64,000 nucleotides of DNA from assembly GCA_965116025.1 (NCBI GenBank), contig OZ220480.1, positions 576,001-640,000 of the forward strand, written 5' to 3'. Positions 1-9,384 of the stretch are shown one piece after another. Positions within the stretch are counted from its first letter, which is position 1; every line of letters starts with the position of its first letter. Position numbers and translations under genes: made by a program. This DNA is from an uncultured candidatus Porisulfidus sp. (GTDB taxonomy: Bacteria; Pseudomonadota; Gammaproteobacteria; Poriferisulfidales; Poriferisulfidaceae). The notes below the pieces were generated by a model. It was not told the origin of the DNA and did no database searches. It worked only from the letters and a program-made list of their open reading frames with translations.

Positions 1-512
1 TCGAAACAACGGGCCGGCAGAGCGTCCAAAAACTCGTTGGCCAGAACGACCCCCTCGAACGCTCGAGGCAAGGAGTCGGTCCAGCGGTACGGGCGGCCTT
101 CCCCGCTCAGGGTTTCGACCTGTATCGCGCGCAATCGCGATGACCGCTCCAGCAACCAGTAGTCGTCCAGCGACGCTCGCGCCGCGGTCAGCAAACCGCT
201 CGCCAGCCTGCCATCCCCAGGTCCGTATTCCGCGATCGCGCCGTCACCCAGCCTTTCCCGGCAAAAGTCGCAAAACCGCGCGACGCAACGAGCCAGCGAT
301 CCCCCCAAAGCCGGCGCGGTGATGAAGTCCCCGTCCGCGCCAAAGATCGGCCGCGACCGTTCATAATACCCGCGTTCCGGCGCGTATAGCGCCTGGTCCA
401 TATACTGATCGAAACGTAGCGAGCCCTCCCGCCGGACCCGTTTCGCCATGCGCGCGCGCGGAGAGTCCACAGCGTCTCCGGGGGCGCGAGCGGACGAAAC
501 AGGAGCATCCAT
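1..512 (-). CDS. SAM-dependent methyltransferase, MidA/NDUFAF7 family (5' part; runs off window)
   Basis: Manual translation from ATG at 512 gives GSLRFDQYMDQALYAPERGYY...FGADGDFITAP, the MidA N-terminal signature. It is divergent from pteridine reductase, a common gammaproteobacterial arrangement. Confidence 0.8.
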   Translation of the reverse strand, partial: MDAPVSSARAPGDAVDSPRARMAKRVRREGSLRFDQYMDQALYAPERGYYERSRPIFGADGDFITAPALGGSLARCVARFCDFCRERLGDGAIAEYGPGDGRLASGLLTAARASLDDYWLLERSSRLRAIQVETLSGEGRPYRWTDSLPRAFEGVVLANEFLDALPARCF

Positions 513-558
513 CGCGCGATTACGCTACCATGAGCGAGAGCAAACATCCCACCGCGCG

Positions 559-1311
559 ATGACCTCTCCCACTCTAGACGGCCGAACCGTCCTGATCACC
601 GGCTCCGCGCGGCGGCTGGGCGCGCGCATGGCGCGCCTCCTGCACCAGGATGGCGCCAACATCATGCTGCATTGCCTGCGCTCCGTCGCCGACGCCCAAC
701 CCTTGGCGGAAGAGTTGCAGGAGCGGCGTGACGACTCGGTCGCCCTGGTCACCGCCGACCTGCGGGAAGAGCAAAGCGTGGTCTCGATCATCGCGGCGAC
801 CATGCGGGCGTTCGGACGACTGGACGCCCTGGTCAACAACGCGTCTTTGTTCGAGCCAGGCGGGGCCGCCCCGGCGGATCCGAAGCGGTGGGAAGAGATC
901 CAGGCGGTGAACGTGCGCGCCCCTTGGCTTCTGGCCGAGGCGGCGGCTCCGCATCTGCGCGAAACGCGAGGCTGCATCGTCAACATTCTGGATATCTACG
1001 CGGCGCGCCCGCTACCGGGATACCTGTCCTACAGCACCAGCCAAACCGCCCTGGCCGGGCTGACTCGCGGCCTCGCGCTGGAACTCGCGCCAGAGATTCG
1101 CGTCAACGGAATAGCGCCTGGGGCGATCCTGTGGCCGGAAGAAGAAGACGGCCGGGACCGGCAGGCCATCATCAACAGCACAGCTCTGAAAAGGCTGGGA
1201 CATCCGGACGACATCGCCCGCGCCGCGCTATTCCTGATCCGGGACGCCGGCTACCTGACCGGAGAGATCGTGACCGTCGACGGCGGGCGTAGCCTCACGC
1301 CATGGATCTGA
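559..1311 (+). CDS. Pteridine reductase / dihydromonapterin reductase (SDR, FolM/PTR1-like)
   Basis: TGSARRLG, LVNNAS, NILDIYA, LAPEIRVNGIAPGAILWP and VDGGRSL motifs. Adjacent to folK/folB. Start moved to M38 of ORF 448..1311. Confidence 0.88.
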   Translation: MTSPTLDGRTVLITGSARRLGARMARLLHQDGANIMLHCLRSVADAQPLAEELQERRDDSVALVTADLREEQSVVSIIAATMRAFGRLDALVNNASLFEPGGAAPADPKRWEEIQAVNVRAPWLLAEAAAPHLRETRGCIVNILDIYAARPLPGYLSYSTSQTALAGLTRGLALELAPEIRVNGIAPGAILWPEEEDGRDRQAIINSTALKRLGHPDDIARAALFLIRDAGYLTGEIVTVDGGRSLTPWI

Positions 1312-1791
1312 CACGGCGCGCAAGGTGATGGGCCTTTCCTCTCGCCACCGCCTCCACAACCGCTCGATGGGCACGTCCAAAACCGGGTGCTTCAGGTCTC
1401 CGCAGATTTCCGCCAAGGGACCAAGCACGAATTCGTGATCCAATATCTCGTCGCGCGGAAGAGACAAAACCCCATCCCCCAGAACCCAGTCGCCATAGAG
1501 CAAAACATCCAGATCGATCGTGCGGGACGCGAAGCGGTCCTTGCCGCGCACCCGCTCCAGCTCAGTCTCGATCTTGGACAAGACCTCGTTGACGATATGA
1601 GGATGGTCCCGCGTCTCGAACGCCACCACCATATTATGGAAATCGTCCCCCTCGAACCCCAGCGCCGGAGACTCGTACAGAGTGGACCGGGTCAGGGGGC
1701 CGTAGTGATCCTCCAGCCGCTCCAGAGCTTGGGCGACCTTGCGCTCCCGGTCGATGTTGCTGCCGAGGCTGACGTACACCCGCTCCATCAA
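1228..1791 (-). CDS. folK: 2-amino-4-hydroxy-6-hydroxymethyldihydropteridine diphosphokinase
   Basis: VYVSLGSNI, STLYES, F.N.VV, RTIDLDVLLYG and FVLGPLAEI motifs. Coupled to folB. Confidence 0.93.
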   Translation of the reverse strand: MMERVYVSLGSNIDRERKVAQALERLEDHYGPLTRSTLYESPALGFEGDDFHNMVVAFETRDHPHIVNEVLSKIETELERVRGKDRFASRTIDLDVLLYGDWVLGDGVLSLPRDEILDHEFVLGPLAEICGDLKHPVLDVPIERLWRRWREERPITLRAVSDPWREATPAVDGHDLSGQVAGVPDQE

Positions 1792-2138
1792 TCTCCCCGT
1801 TCGATCACGACGCCAACCTCCTGCGCGGCGCGAACCGCGAACGGCTTGGCGATCCGCACTCGCACCCAGCGCACCTTGAACTCCTCTTGGATGATGGCGG
1901 CGACCGCCTCGGCCAACGTCTCGACCAGCTGAAACTGGCTAGCCTCCGCGAACTCCACCACGCGCTTGCTGATCGCCTTGTAATCGACGGCGTCCTCCAG
2001 CGCGTCGCTGGCCGCCGCACCCGCCACGTCCGCCCGAAGGTCGATGTCCAGAAGCAGGTTTTGGCGAATTCGCTTCTCCCAGTCGAACACGCCAATCACG
2101 GCTTTCGCCTTGAGTCCCTTGATGAAGACCGTGTCCAT
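1788..2138 (-). CDS. folB: Dihydroneopterin aldolase
   Basis: MDTVFIKGL...IGVFDWEKRIRQ...AVDYKAI...LVETLAE...KPFAV...VGVVIER. Confidence 0.95.
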   Translation of the reverse strand: MDTVFIKGLKAKAVIGVFDWEKRIRQNLLLDIDLRADVAGAAASDALEDAVDYKAISKRVVEFAEASQFQLVETLAEAVAAIIQEEFKVRWVRVRIAKPFAVRAAQEVGVVIERGD

Positions 2139-2655
2139 GATCCTGAAGCTTGAGCGCGAGGAGGTCGTCGGAGCGATGGGGGAACGAAGCGACCTATTTG
2201 TTCGCCAAAGCGCCCGTCAAATCAATCTGGCCCAAAACGCCCGCTTCTCCCTCGTCGCCCAATAACCGGCATGGCTCTGGACGAAACCGAAACGGTGGAG
2301 GAATCTCGGGCATCCGAATCTTGACCATTTTAGAATGGCAAGTAGTCGCGCTCATGATCGTCGCTCGCTGACTCCGCGGGAACAACCTTATCTCTCGTCC
2401 GGGAACCGATACATCACTCAAGGCGTGGGCATCAAGGGCAACAGTGAAAACGAATCGCTAAAGTCGTATCGTTTGCAGCAACTCGATAACAGCATCCTCG
2501 CTGAGTGGAGACTACTATATCATCAGTACGTCATCATTGTCGCGCTAAGTCGACACGTTCGGTCTGTCCGAGAAGGCATCCACCTTCTGGCGAACACCCA
2601 AAAGCGAAAAATCGGCTTTGCTTTCCATTTACGAGAAATCGGAGTCGGAGTGGCA

Positions 2656-2664
2656 TGCTAAAAT
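2656..2664 (+). promoter_or_regulatory. Extended -10 promoter element (TGCTAAAAT)
   Basis: TGn-TAAAAT lies about 30 nt upstream of the low-GC three-gene operon. Confidence 0.4.
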
Positions 2665-2694
2665 AAGGTTCCATATTGACGCGGGAAACCAACC

Positions 2695-3045
2695 GTGCCA
2701 AAACAGCCAAAAGGCGTACTCATTGAGTATGCGAATCCCGATGATTCTACCAATCCTTCTTATGTGGAAGGGGCGCAAGGGTTGGTGACTCGAGGAAAAA
2801 TGCTTCACGTGAGTTTCTTTTCGGAATTCAGGAAAACGAAAAGCACATTACTGTGTGATGCCACAAAGACGGAAAACCCGAACATCCTCGCTGTGAAAAC
2901 TGAGGATATGGACCCACATTCGCCAAATGAAGACGGAAACCTCGTGGTAATTCGCCGGATTGAGGCCAGCATTCTCGTCGATGCGGCATCGTTGGAAAAC
3001 ATCGTCGCATGGTTGCAAGAGAAACTTCAAGACATGAAGTCCTGA
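2695..3045 (+). CDS. Hypothetical protein, DUF3467-like
   Basis: PSYVEGAQGLVT...LHVSFFSE...RRIEASILVD..SLENIVAWL resembles the DUF3467 pattern. First gene of a low-GC operon. Confidence 0.55.
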   Translation: MPKQPKGVLIEYANPDDSTNPSYVEGAQGLVTRGKMLHVSFFSEFRKTKSTLLCDATKTENPNILAVKTEDMDPHSPNEDGNLVVIRRIEASILVDAASLENIVAWLQEKLQDMKS

Positions 3046-3063
3046 CCAAGAAGGACGCGAAAG

Positions 3064-3492
3064 ATGTTTGAAGCGATTAGCGTCTCGACGGACTCGACCT
3101 ATATTTATCGTGTTGGGAATCCGGTTTCCGCCTCTCCTGATATCAGGATATCAGGGAGTTTGAATTTCGTCAGCGCACTCCATCTCTTTGCCGCAACATG
3201 GAGTGACATCCGATCATCAGAGAACTTATTTATCAAGGAGTTACCGGATAGCAGATACAAGCTCATTAAATTCATCCCCGTTTCCATTGAAGAAGACGAG
3301 ACCGGCGTGTTTATCGCTCGCTTCAGCGAGGCCAATATCAGCATAACTGGAGAAAACCGGGAAGCGGCGAAAGAGGATCTAAGCCACTACATACTAGATG
3401 TGTTCGAATTGTTTCTGGAAGAAGACAAGCTGGGGAAAGGCCCGAAAAAGGATCTGGCCATATTGCGGCAATACATACTGGCTGATGAATAA
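3064..3492 (+). CDS. HicB-like antitoxin with N-terminal extension
   Basis: The C-terminal half IPVSIEEDETGVFIARFSEANISITGENREAAKEDL matches the HicB partial RNase H fold pattern (G-x-T/N-x-E-E-A). Confidence 0.6.
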   Translation: MFEAISVSTDSTYIYRVGNPVSASPDIRISGSLNFVSALHLFAATWSDIRSSENLFIKELPDSRYKLIKFIPVSIEEDETGVFIARFSEANISITGENREAAKEDLSHYILDVFELFLEEDKLGKGPKKDLAILRQYILADE

Positions 3493-3764
3493 TGCCGTTA
3501 TTATCTCAAAAGCACGCGAGAAAAATTGCGGCGAAGTTCGGTGTGAAACCAAAACGTGGTCGACGCCACGACATTGTGGTTCTATACAAAGAAGAAAGTC
3601 TAGAAATCCAATATGGAATCAGCCGTTCAAGCAAAGACGCCCCACACAACCACCTGCCGAAGCAGTTAAAAATCAACAAGGAGCAAGCACTGAAACTGGC
3701 GAACTGCACTCTGAGCGAGGATGGATATTTTGGAATCCTGAGAGACAAGAGGATTATCGAATAA
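3492..3764 (+). CDS. HicA-like mRNA interferase toxin
   Basis: Basic 90 aa protein with KFG..KRGRRHDIVVLY (HicA G-x-H motif), HLPKQLKI and CTLS...Y. TAATG coupling to the upstream gene. Confidence 0.6.
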   Translation: MPLLSQKHARKIAAKFGVKPKRGRRHDIVVLYKEESLEIQYGISRSSKDAPHNHLPKQLKINKEQALKLANCTLSEDGYFGILRDKRIIE

Positions 3765-4160
3765 CGTGCGCGCCCCACCGCGGTGGCGGCGTCCCTTGGT
3801 GGTAAAGACATACGACTCACGGGCTACTGCACGCAGAAATTCATGGGGGTTTGACGCGTCGATACGCGAATTGGTAGCATCTCGTGGAGCGGTCACATTT
3901 CTCAGTAACGCCAGCACAACCCGTACGGAAACCCTCTTCGACCGTCAACTAGCCCTGACGGCCTTCGCCTCAACCGACATCGGAAAGGCTTCCATGAAAC
4001 CGTGGCGAGATGCCATCGCGCTCCCTGGAGGCCATGAAGGAATCAGGGCTGGACGAAACGCAGGCGATTTCTCCACGGAATGAGCGTCTATTTCGAAAAG
4101 TCCAGCGCGACCAAACGGCAGGGTACGGTAAAATTGCCCGCTAGGCGGATTGCCCGCCGT

Positions 4161-4248
<88 letters not shown>

Positions 4249-4356
4249 TCACCCCGAACAGCGAGAACAGACCGTGCGGTCTTGCGTAATCCCGCGCGTG
4301 GCCGCCCCCGCGACCTCTTGCCGCTCGCCGCGAACGTCCCCCGCTCCAGCGAGAGA

Positions 4357-4737
4357 TCAGTTGTGGCGAAGATAGGCGAACCGGGGATCGTCCGGAGTGC
4401 CTTCCAGCGCCGAACCCTCGGGGGGACGCCATGTCATGGCCTCCTCAATTCGGGCCGCCAGCTCGAAATCCCGGTTGGTCACTCCCTTCTTCGAATGGGT
4501 GGTCAGTTTGACGATCACGAACGCGTATGAGACGGTCAGATCCGGATGGTGCCAGGCCAGCTCCGCGAGGTGGCCGATGGTGGTCACGGCCATGAGCGTG
4601 CCTTTCCAGCTCGCCGTGCGATATTTCCGGCGAATCCAGCCAGATTCCAGATACCATTCGGGCAACTCCTCCTCGAGTCGCGCCTTGATCTCCTCGTCCG
4701 TGTAGACCGCGTCGTTGTCTTTCTTTTTCAAGCTCAT
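4357..4737 (-). CDS. Pterin-4-alpha-carbinolamine dehydratase (PCD; methylotroph PcbD-like)
   Basis: LAELAWHHPDLTVSYAFVIVKLTTHSKKGVTNRDFELA. Confidence 0.9.
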   Translation of the reverse strand: MSLKKKDNDAVYTDEEIKARLEEELPEWYLESGWIRRKYRTASWKGTLMAVTTIGHLAELAWHHPDLTVSYAFVIVKLTTHSKKGVTNRDFELAARIEEAMTWRPPEGSALEGTPDDPRFAYLRHN

Positions 4738-4876
4738 GGTTTTTTCCTCATGCCGCGTTCCCCATTCTACTCCGCTCGGTCATAAAATAAGATCCCGTGC
4801 CAGCCCTCGCTTCGCGCGAGCGCGGGGTCTCGCGCTCGCGTCAAGGAGGCCCTGGAAAACCTTCGCCCAGAAAACC

Positions 4877-5350
4877 ATGCGCCCGAAGCTTCATCCGGCA
4901 CGGCAGGGGGTCCCGCTTGCCGCCATTCTTGCGGTGGCCACGTCTCTCCCGCTATCCGCATGCAGCGGGGAAGGCACCGACCTGACGGGTTCTCGAGCCT
5001 GGGTTACCACGCCCTCCGCCGAAGGCGTCTCCACCTGCGGCGTGACCGTGCGCAACAGAACCGATGAAGCGCGAACGTTGCGGCATGTCATGGCGACGGA
5101 TTTTCTACGCGCGGAACTCCGCGCGAGCGTGGGCGAAGAATCCACCTCTCCTCCCCACATCATCGTCGAGGCCAACGCGTCCACCGAGTTGCCGCCGAAC
5201 GGCGCGACCTTCCTGCTGAAAGGGCCCAAGCGCTCCCTTCATGTCGGAGACGAAACCCTGCTCGCGCTGCACTTCGACGACGGTCAAGCGATTTTCATCA
5301 GCGCGAAAGTCGGAGTCGCGCCACCGTCCTCCCTCGTCCCGAGGCCATGA
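4877..5350 (+). CDS. PCu(A)C-fold lipoprotein lacking the canonical Cu ligands
   Basis: Lipobox LSAC; AWV, vTvRN, AEL, teLpPnG..FlLkG, L.vGDE..L.LHFDDG scaffold of PCuAC, but His/Met ligands are absent. Confidence 0.65.
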   Translation: MRPKLHPARQGVPLAAILAVATSLPLSACSGEGTDLTGSRAWVTTPSAEGVSTCGVTVRNRTDEARTLRHVMATDFLRAELRASVGEESTSPPHIIVEANASTELPPNGATFLLKGPKRSLHVGDETLLALHFDDGQAIFISAKVGVAPPSSLVPRP

Positions 5351-6048
5351 GCGATTTCAGCGACGCCCTGATCGCCGCGGCTGGCATGCTGACCGGGCTG
5401 GATCCCGACCTTCTGGAAATCATCCGGCTGTCGCTGTTCGTCACGCTGACCGCCGTTGGCTTGGCCACCGTGATCGGCGTTCCCTTGGGGGGATTGCTGG
5501 CCGTGAGGCGATTCCCGGGCCGCGCGTTCGTCGCGCTCGTCATCGACGCTTTCATGGGCCTTCCGCCCGTCGTGGTCGGGTTGATCGTCTATCTCTGGCT
5601 GTCGCGTTCCGGACCTCTCGGGGTGCTGGGGCTTCTATACACCCCGACCGCGATGATCATCGCGCAATGCCTGCTGGTCACGCCCATCATCGCCGCCCTG
5701 TCGCGCCAAGTCATCGCCGACGCGCATGGGCAATATGACGAGCAGCTTCGTTCCCTTGGCGCGGCGCGATGGCAACGCGTCGCGACCCTGCTCTGGGAAA
5801 CTCGGACCAGCCTTCTCGTGGCCGTGCTGGCCGGGTTCGGGCGCGCCAACGCGGAAGTTGGCGCCGTCATGATCGTGGGGGGAAACATCAACCATGTAAC
5901 CCGGGTGATGACCACCACGGTCGCCTACGAAACCAGTCGCGGCAACCTGACCGAAGCCTTGGCGCTCGGCATCGTTCTGATTCTGATCGCCATGCTGCTG
6001 ACCTTGTTGCTGCACCAGTTGCGCAGGCTTGACGTGGGACCCCGATGA
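5347..6048 (+). CDS. tupB: Tungstate ABC transporter permease
   Basis: MGLPPVVVGL.VYL.LSRSGPLG, FGRA.AEVGAVMIVGGNI..TRVMTT. Confidence 0.9.
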   Translation: MSDFSDALIAAAGMLTGLDPDLLEIIRLSLFVTLTAVGLATVIGVPLGGLLAVRRFPGRAFVALVIDAFMGLPPVVVGLIVYLWLSRSGPLGVLGLLYTPTAMIIAQCLLVTPIIAALSRQVIADAHGQYDEQLRSLGAARWQRVATLLWETRTSLLVAVLAGFGRANAEVGAVMIVGGNINHVTRVMTTTVAYETSRGNLTEALALGIVLILIAMLLTLLLHQLRRLDVGPR

Positions 6049-6788
6049 TGCGGCGCCATCCGAAATCCCTGTTTCCCCTAACGGTCTCCGGCTTAGATTT
6101 CGTCGTTGACGGGGAGCTGCTGTTGTCGGGGCTTTCGCTCAAGCTGGAAGAGAAGGGATGCACCGCGATACTCGGCCCGAACGGCTCCGGCAAAACCCTT
6201 CTGCTACGCCTGCTCCACGGCATGCTGACTCCCGCGTCCGGCTTCGTTCGATGGGGCGGCCTCACGCCAGCCCAAGCCCTGCCTTCGCAAGCCATGGTCT
6301 TCCAGCTGCCCGCCATGCTCAACCGTAGCGCGCGGGCCAACATCGACTACGCTTTGCGGTTGCGACGAGTCCCGGGCGCCGAGCGCCGGCGACTCGTTCA
6401 GGAAGCCATCGAGCTCTGCGGGCTGACCGAAGTGGCCGGGCGCAACGCCCGCGTCCTGTCCGGGGGCGAGCGCCAGAAACTGGCGATCGCGCGAGCTTGG
6501 GTCACCCGGCCGAGAGCCCTGCTGATGGACGAGCCCACCTCGGAACTGGACCCCCTCGCCACCCGCGAAATCGAATCCATGATCCAGCGGGTCGTCGCCC
6601 AAGGCGTTCGAGTCCTCTTGGCTACCCACGACATGAATCAGGTCCGTCATCTGGCGAACGACGTTTTGTTCCTGGAATACGGTCGCCTAAGCGCCCATCT
6701 TTCGATTGAGGATTTCCTGAACTACCAGGGAGACGGCGCGCTGCGCGATTTCGTCGCCCACCCGACCCGCTCCGAAATCATCTCGTAA
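6045..6788 (+). CDS. tupC: Tungstate ABC transporter ATPase
   Basis: GPNGSGKT, LSGGERQKLA, LMDEPT. Lies between tupB and tupA. Confidence 0.85.
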   Translation: MMRRHPKSLFPLTVSGLDFVVDGELLLSGLSLKLEEKGCTAILGPNGSGKTLLLRLLHGMLTPASGFVRWGGLTPAQALPSQAMVFQLPAMLNRSARANIDYALRLRRVPGAERRRLVQEAIELCGLTEVAGRNARVLSGGERQKLAIARAWVTRPRALLMDEPTSELDPLATREIESMIQRVVAQGVRVLLATHDMNQVRHLANDVLFLEYGRLSAHLSIEDFLNYQGDGALRDFVAHPTRSEIIS

Positions 6789-6792
6789 ATTC

Positions 6793-7605
6793 ATGCGCTT
6801 CCTGTTTTCCCTTGCCGCCAGCTGCCTGGCCATCTCTCCCGCGATAGCGGAATCGGAGTTCCTGACCATCGCGTCCACCACCTCGACGGACCACTCGGGT
6901 CTCTACGACTATCTGCTACCGATCTACGAAGAAAAATCCGGAGTGCGCTTCCGGGTCGTGGCTGTCGGAACGGGACAGGCTATTCGCAACGCGATGCGTG
7001 GCGACGCCGACCTGCTGATCGTTCACCATCGCGAATCGGAGGACCGCTTCGTCGCCGAGGGCTACGGGCTGAGGCGGAACGACTTGATGTACAACGAGTT
7101 CATCCTGATCGGACCGCGCGAGGACCCCGCCCGGGTCTCGACCGCGGGCAACGTGGAGGAAGCCCTGCGCCGTATCGCGCGCTCAGGCGCCACGTTCGTC
7201 TCCCGCGGCGATGACAGCGGAACTCACAAGAGGGAGCTGGAACTGTGGGCCAGAGCGAAGATCCCGGTGCGTCCCGCCAGCGGAGACTGGTACTGGGAAG
7301 CCGGCGCCGGCATGGGGCCCACACTAAACACCGCGGCCGCGCGGCATGCCTACGTACTGAGCGACGGAGCCACCTGGGCCGCGTTCGGCAATCGGCAAGA
7401 CTTGGTCGCGCTGTATCGAAACGATCCGCTACTGCACAACCAGTACGGGGTCATCGTGGTCAGTCCCGACCGCCACCCCCATGTTAAATGGAGACTGGCC
7501 CAAGCGTTCTCGGAGTGGCTGCTATCAGAGGACGGACAGCGGGCGATCACGGATTTCCGGATTGGCGAAGAGCGGGTCTTCTTCCCGAACGTCCCGCCCC
7601 GCTGA
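6793..7605 (+). CDS. tupA: Tungstate ABC transporter substrate-binding protein
   Basis: ASTTST (TTTS-type tungstate motif), VAVGTGQA, FVSRGDDSGTH and L.NQY. Confidence 0.9.
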   Translation: MRFLFSLAASCLAISPAIAESEFLTIASTTSTDHSGLYDYLLPIYEEKSGVRFRVVAVGTGQAIRNAMRGDADLLIVHHRESEDRFVAEGYGLRRNDLMYNEFILIGPREDPARVSTAGNVEEALRRIARSGATFVSRGDDSGTHKRELELWARAKIPVRPASGDWYWEAGAGMGPTLNTAAARHAYVLSDGATWAAFGNRQDLVALYRNDPLLHNQYGVIVVSPDRHPHVKWRLAQAFSEWLLSEDGQRAITDFRIGEERVFFPNVPPR

Positions 7606-7622
7606 AAACCCGCGCGGTCGTC

Positions 7623-7934
7623 TCAAGCGGAATTCCCACAGTACGGAGCGACCTTGACCTCGGCTTCTCGCGCGCGAGCTCGGGCGATATCGTAGCTATT
7701 CTGCATTCTCATGAGCGTGTCCATGGGAACGCCGAACGCCTTTTCGATTCTGATCGCCATTTCCGGCGATAGGCGCGCGCGCTCGTTGAACAACGCGGAC
7801 AACGCGGGACGCGTGACCCCGAGCGTCCGCGCCGCGTCGGTGACCGACAGACCCAGCGGCTCCACAACCTCGCTCTTCACGAACCCTCCCGGATGAGCCG
7901 GCCTCTTCATTCGGATTCCCCGGGTCGCGCTCAT
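7623..7934 (-). CDS. higA: HigA antitoxin (Xre HTH)
   Basis: PAHPGGF...LSVTDAARTLGVTRPALS...LSPEMAIRIEKAFG...MQNSYD. Confidence 0.9.
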   Translation of the reverse strand: MSATRGIRMKRPAHPGGFVKSEVVEPLGLSVTDAARTLGVTRPALSALFNERARLSPEMAIRIEKAFGVPMDTLMRMQNSYDIARARAREAEVKVAPYCGNSA

Positions 7935-7943
7935 GGCGTCTTC

Positions 7944-8234
7944 CTAGTGATAATCTTCAAAGTTCAAGTCCACGATCTCGCCCTCTTCCCGGTCCACCAA
8001 GAACGTGATCCGCCAGTTCCTCGTCACGGACAAGCTCCAAGCGTTTTTTCGATCACCGGTCAGTCTGCGCGCCCTCCAGCCCGCGACCGTCCGCAACTCG
8101 TCCTCCCGCTCCATGTCCTGGATGAAGGCCATGATCCGACGTAGCCTCGTCCTCACCTCCGAGGGGAGACCCGTCACGTCATCACGCTCCACAAATCGGC
8201 GAAGCCCTTTGTGGGAAACGTTCCTGATCTTCAT
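7944..8234 (-). CDS. higB: HigB toxin (RelE/ParE superfamily)
   Basis: HKGLRRF...LTGDRKNAWSLSVTRNWRITF...DLNFEDYH. Upstream of higA. Confidence 0.9.
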   Translation of the reverse strand: MKIRNVSHKGLRRFVERDDVTGLPSEVRTRLRRIMAFIQDMEREDELRTVAGWRARRLTGDRKNAWSLSVTRNWRITFLVDREEGEIVDLNFEDYH

Positions 8235-8360
8235 GCTCAGATCTACCACCACGACCCGTTTCGTGCCAGCCTTAAGTCTCAATGATGACATGATCAGTTC
8301 CTAAAGATGCACGGATGATATGGAAATCTGCAGACCCTTAATTCCTTATAGTTTCGTGGG

Positions 8361-9045
8361 GGAATTATGTAGTGCTTGGCAGAAAATCCCCGACCGGAGG
8401 ATTTTCGCATGATTTCGCGCCGTCCGTCACGCCAGCAGGCATTCTCGCGAGGAAGAACGGGCATCGGCTTCCTAGCCGGAAGCGGCGCGGGGAACTCGAG
8501 ATTCTGGACGCGGCGCTCAGACCGCCAGGCGAAGGCTCGCTCGCGCCGGCGGGATTCCCGTAACAGCCGCTCACGCGCCAGCAACAGCCACCCCAGTCGC
8601 TTGAGATTGGCCGTCATCACCGATGGCACCACACTCCGCGCGAAGCCCCCTTCCCGTGCATCCACGCCCGATCCAGGCCACAATGCCCCATCTGGTCAAC
8701 CAGCGTCTCGGCGAAGCCCAGAGAAAGCGCAGAATCGACCGGCGCCCCCGCCACACGCGCTCAGGCAAGCCCTCCAGCAACGCCTCCGCCTTCTCCCGCA
8801 GGACGTGGCAATGATCGTCGAATTGGACGTCCAGGATCTCGATCTGGCCGAACTGGAGTTGCGGGATATCGAACTTTCTCATTGGGAATCCTCGAAGATC
8901 AGGGCGAAATCACGGGAAAATGGGGAAAGCCGCCAAAACCCGCGCGGCCCGGGCGATTCCTCGCCCTGACGATATGGAGATTAACCCATAAGAATCAAGA
9001 GGATGAATAGGCGTTATAATTTTCTGCTAAGTACTACATCATTCC
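8361..9045. mobile_element. Internally deleted IS (ISNCY/IS5-like) remnant, MITE-like
   Basis: Terminal inverted repeats atgtagtgcttggcagaaaat (8367-8387) and attttctgctaagtactacat (9019-9039) match at 19/21. The minus strand holds a transposase-like N-terminus (MRKFDIPQLQFGQIEILDVQFD) and C-terminus (GFARSV..SVMTANLKRLGWLL) with no catalytic core. Confidence 0.7.
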
Positions 9046-9090
9046 TCTTCGTGGCGGGCACTAGGGCCGTGTGCTACACTCTTCCGTGCG

Positions 9091-9130
9091 TATAATGCTT
9101 TGACCATATGCGCTATAGCGCATAGGTCAA
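9091..9130 (+). promoter_or_regulatory. TATAAT followed by a 31-bp near-perfect palindrome (operator-like)
   Basis: TATAAT at 9091-9096; ttgaccatatgcgctatagcgcataggtcaa at 9100-9130 is palindromic apart from one extra base. Confidence 0.5.
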
Positions 9131-9174
9131 GCTAGTATTGAACTGGAGATAACGTTAGGAGACGTGGGAGAATC

Positions 9175-9384
9175 ATGGAGAATTGGACAGATCGGTTGAT
9201 TAGGATTCAGGAATCTGACTCGACAGTCAATGAGATCATGGAGGTTTACCGTGAGGCTGCGGAAGTTCACGAACAAGCTCTCATCTCAATGGGACAGCAA
9301 CCCACAGCCACGCGCTCTACTTTTTCGTCTACTAAGATTGTGAGTCTGATTCCTGGCCTCAACTCTAGAGGCGATCACCAGTAA
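9175..9384 (+). CDS. Small hypothetical protein coupled to a ClpP-class protease
   Basis: GGAGA RBS, 69 aa, TAATG overlap with the downstream gene, low GC. Confidence 0.65.
   Translation: MENWTDRLIRIQESDSTVNEIMEVYREAAEVHEQALISMGQQPTATRSTFSSTKIVSLIPGLNSRGDHQ

Noticed and set aside
2150-2660. Short ORFs between folB and the hic-like operon, and 3766..4083
   Set aside because: No recognisable motifs or RBS, so they cannot be supported as genes.
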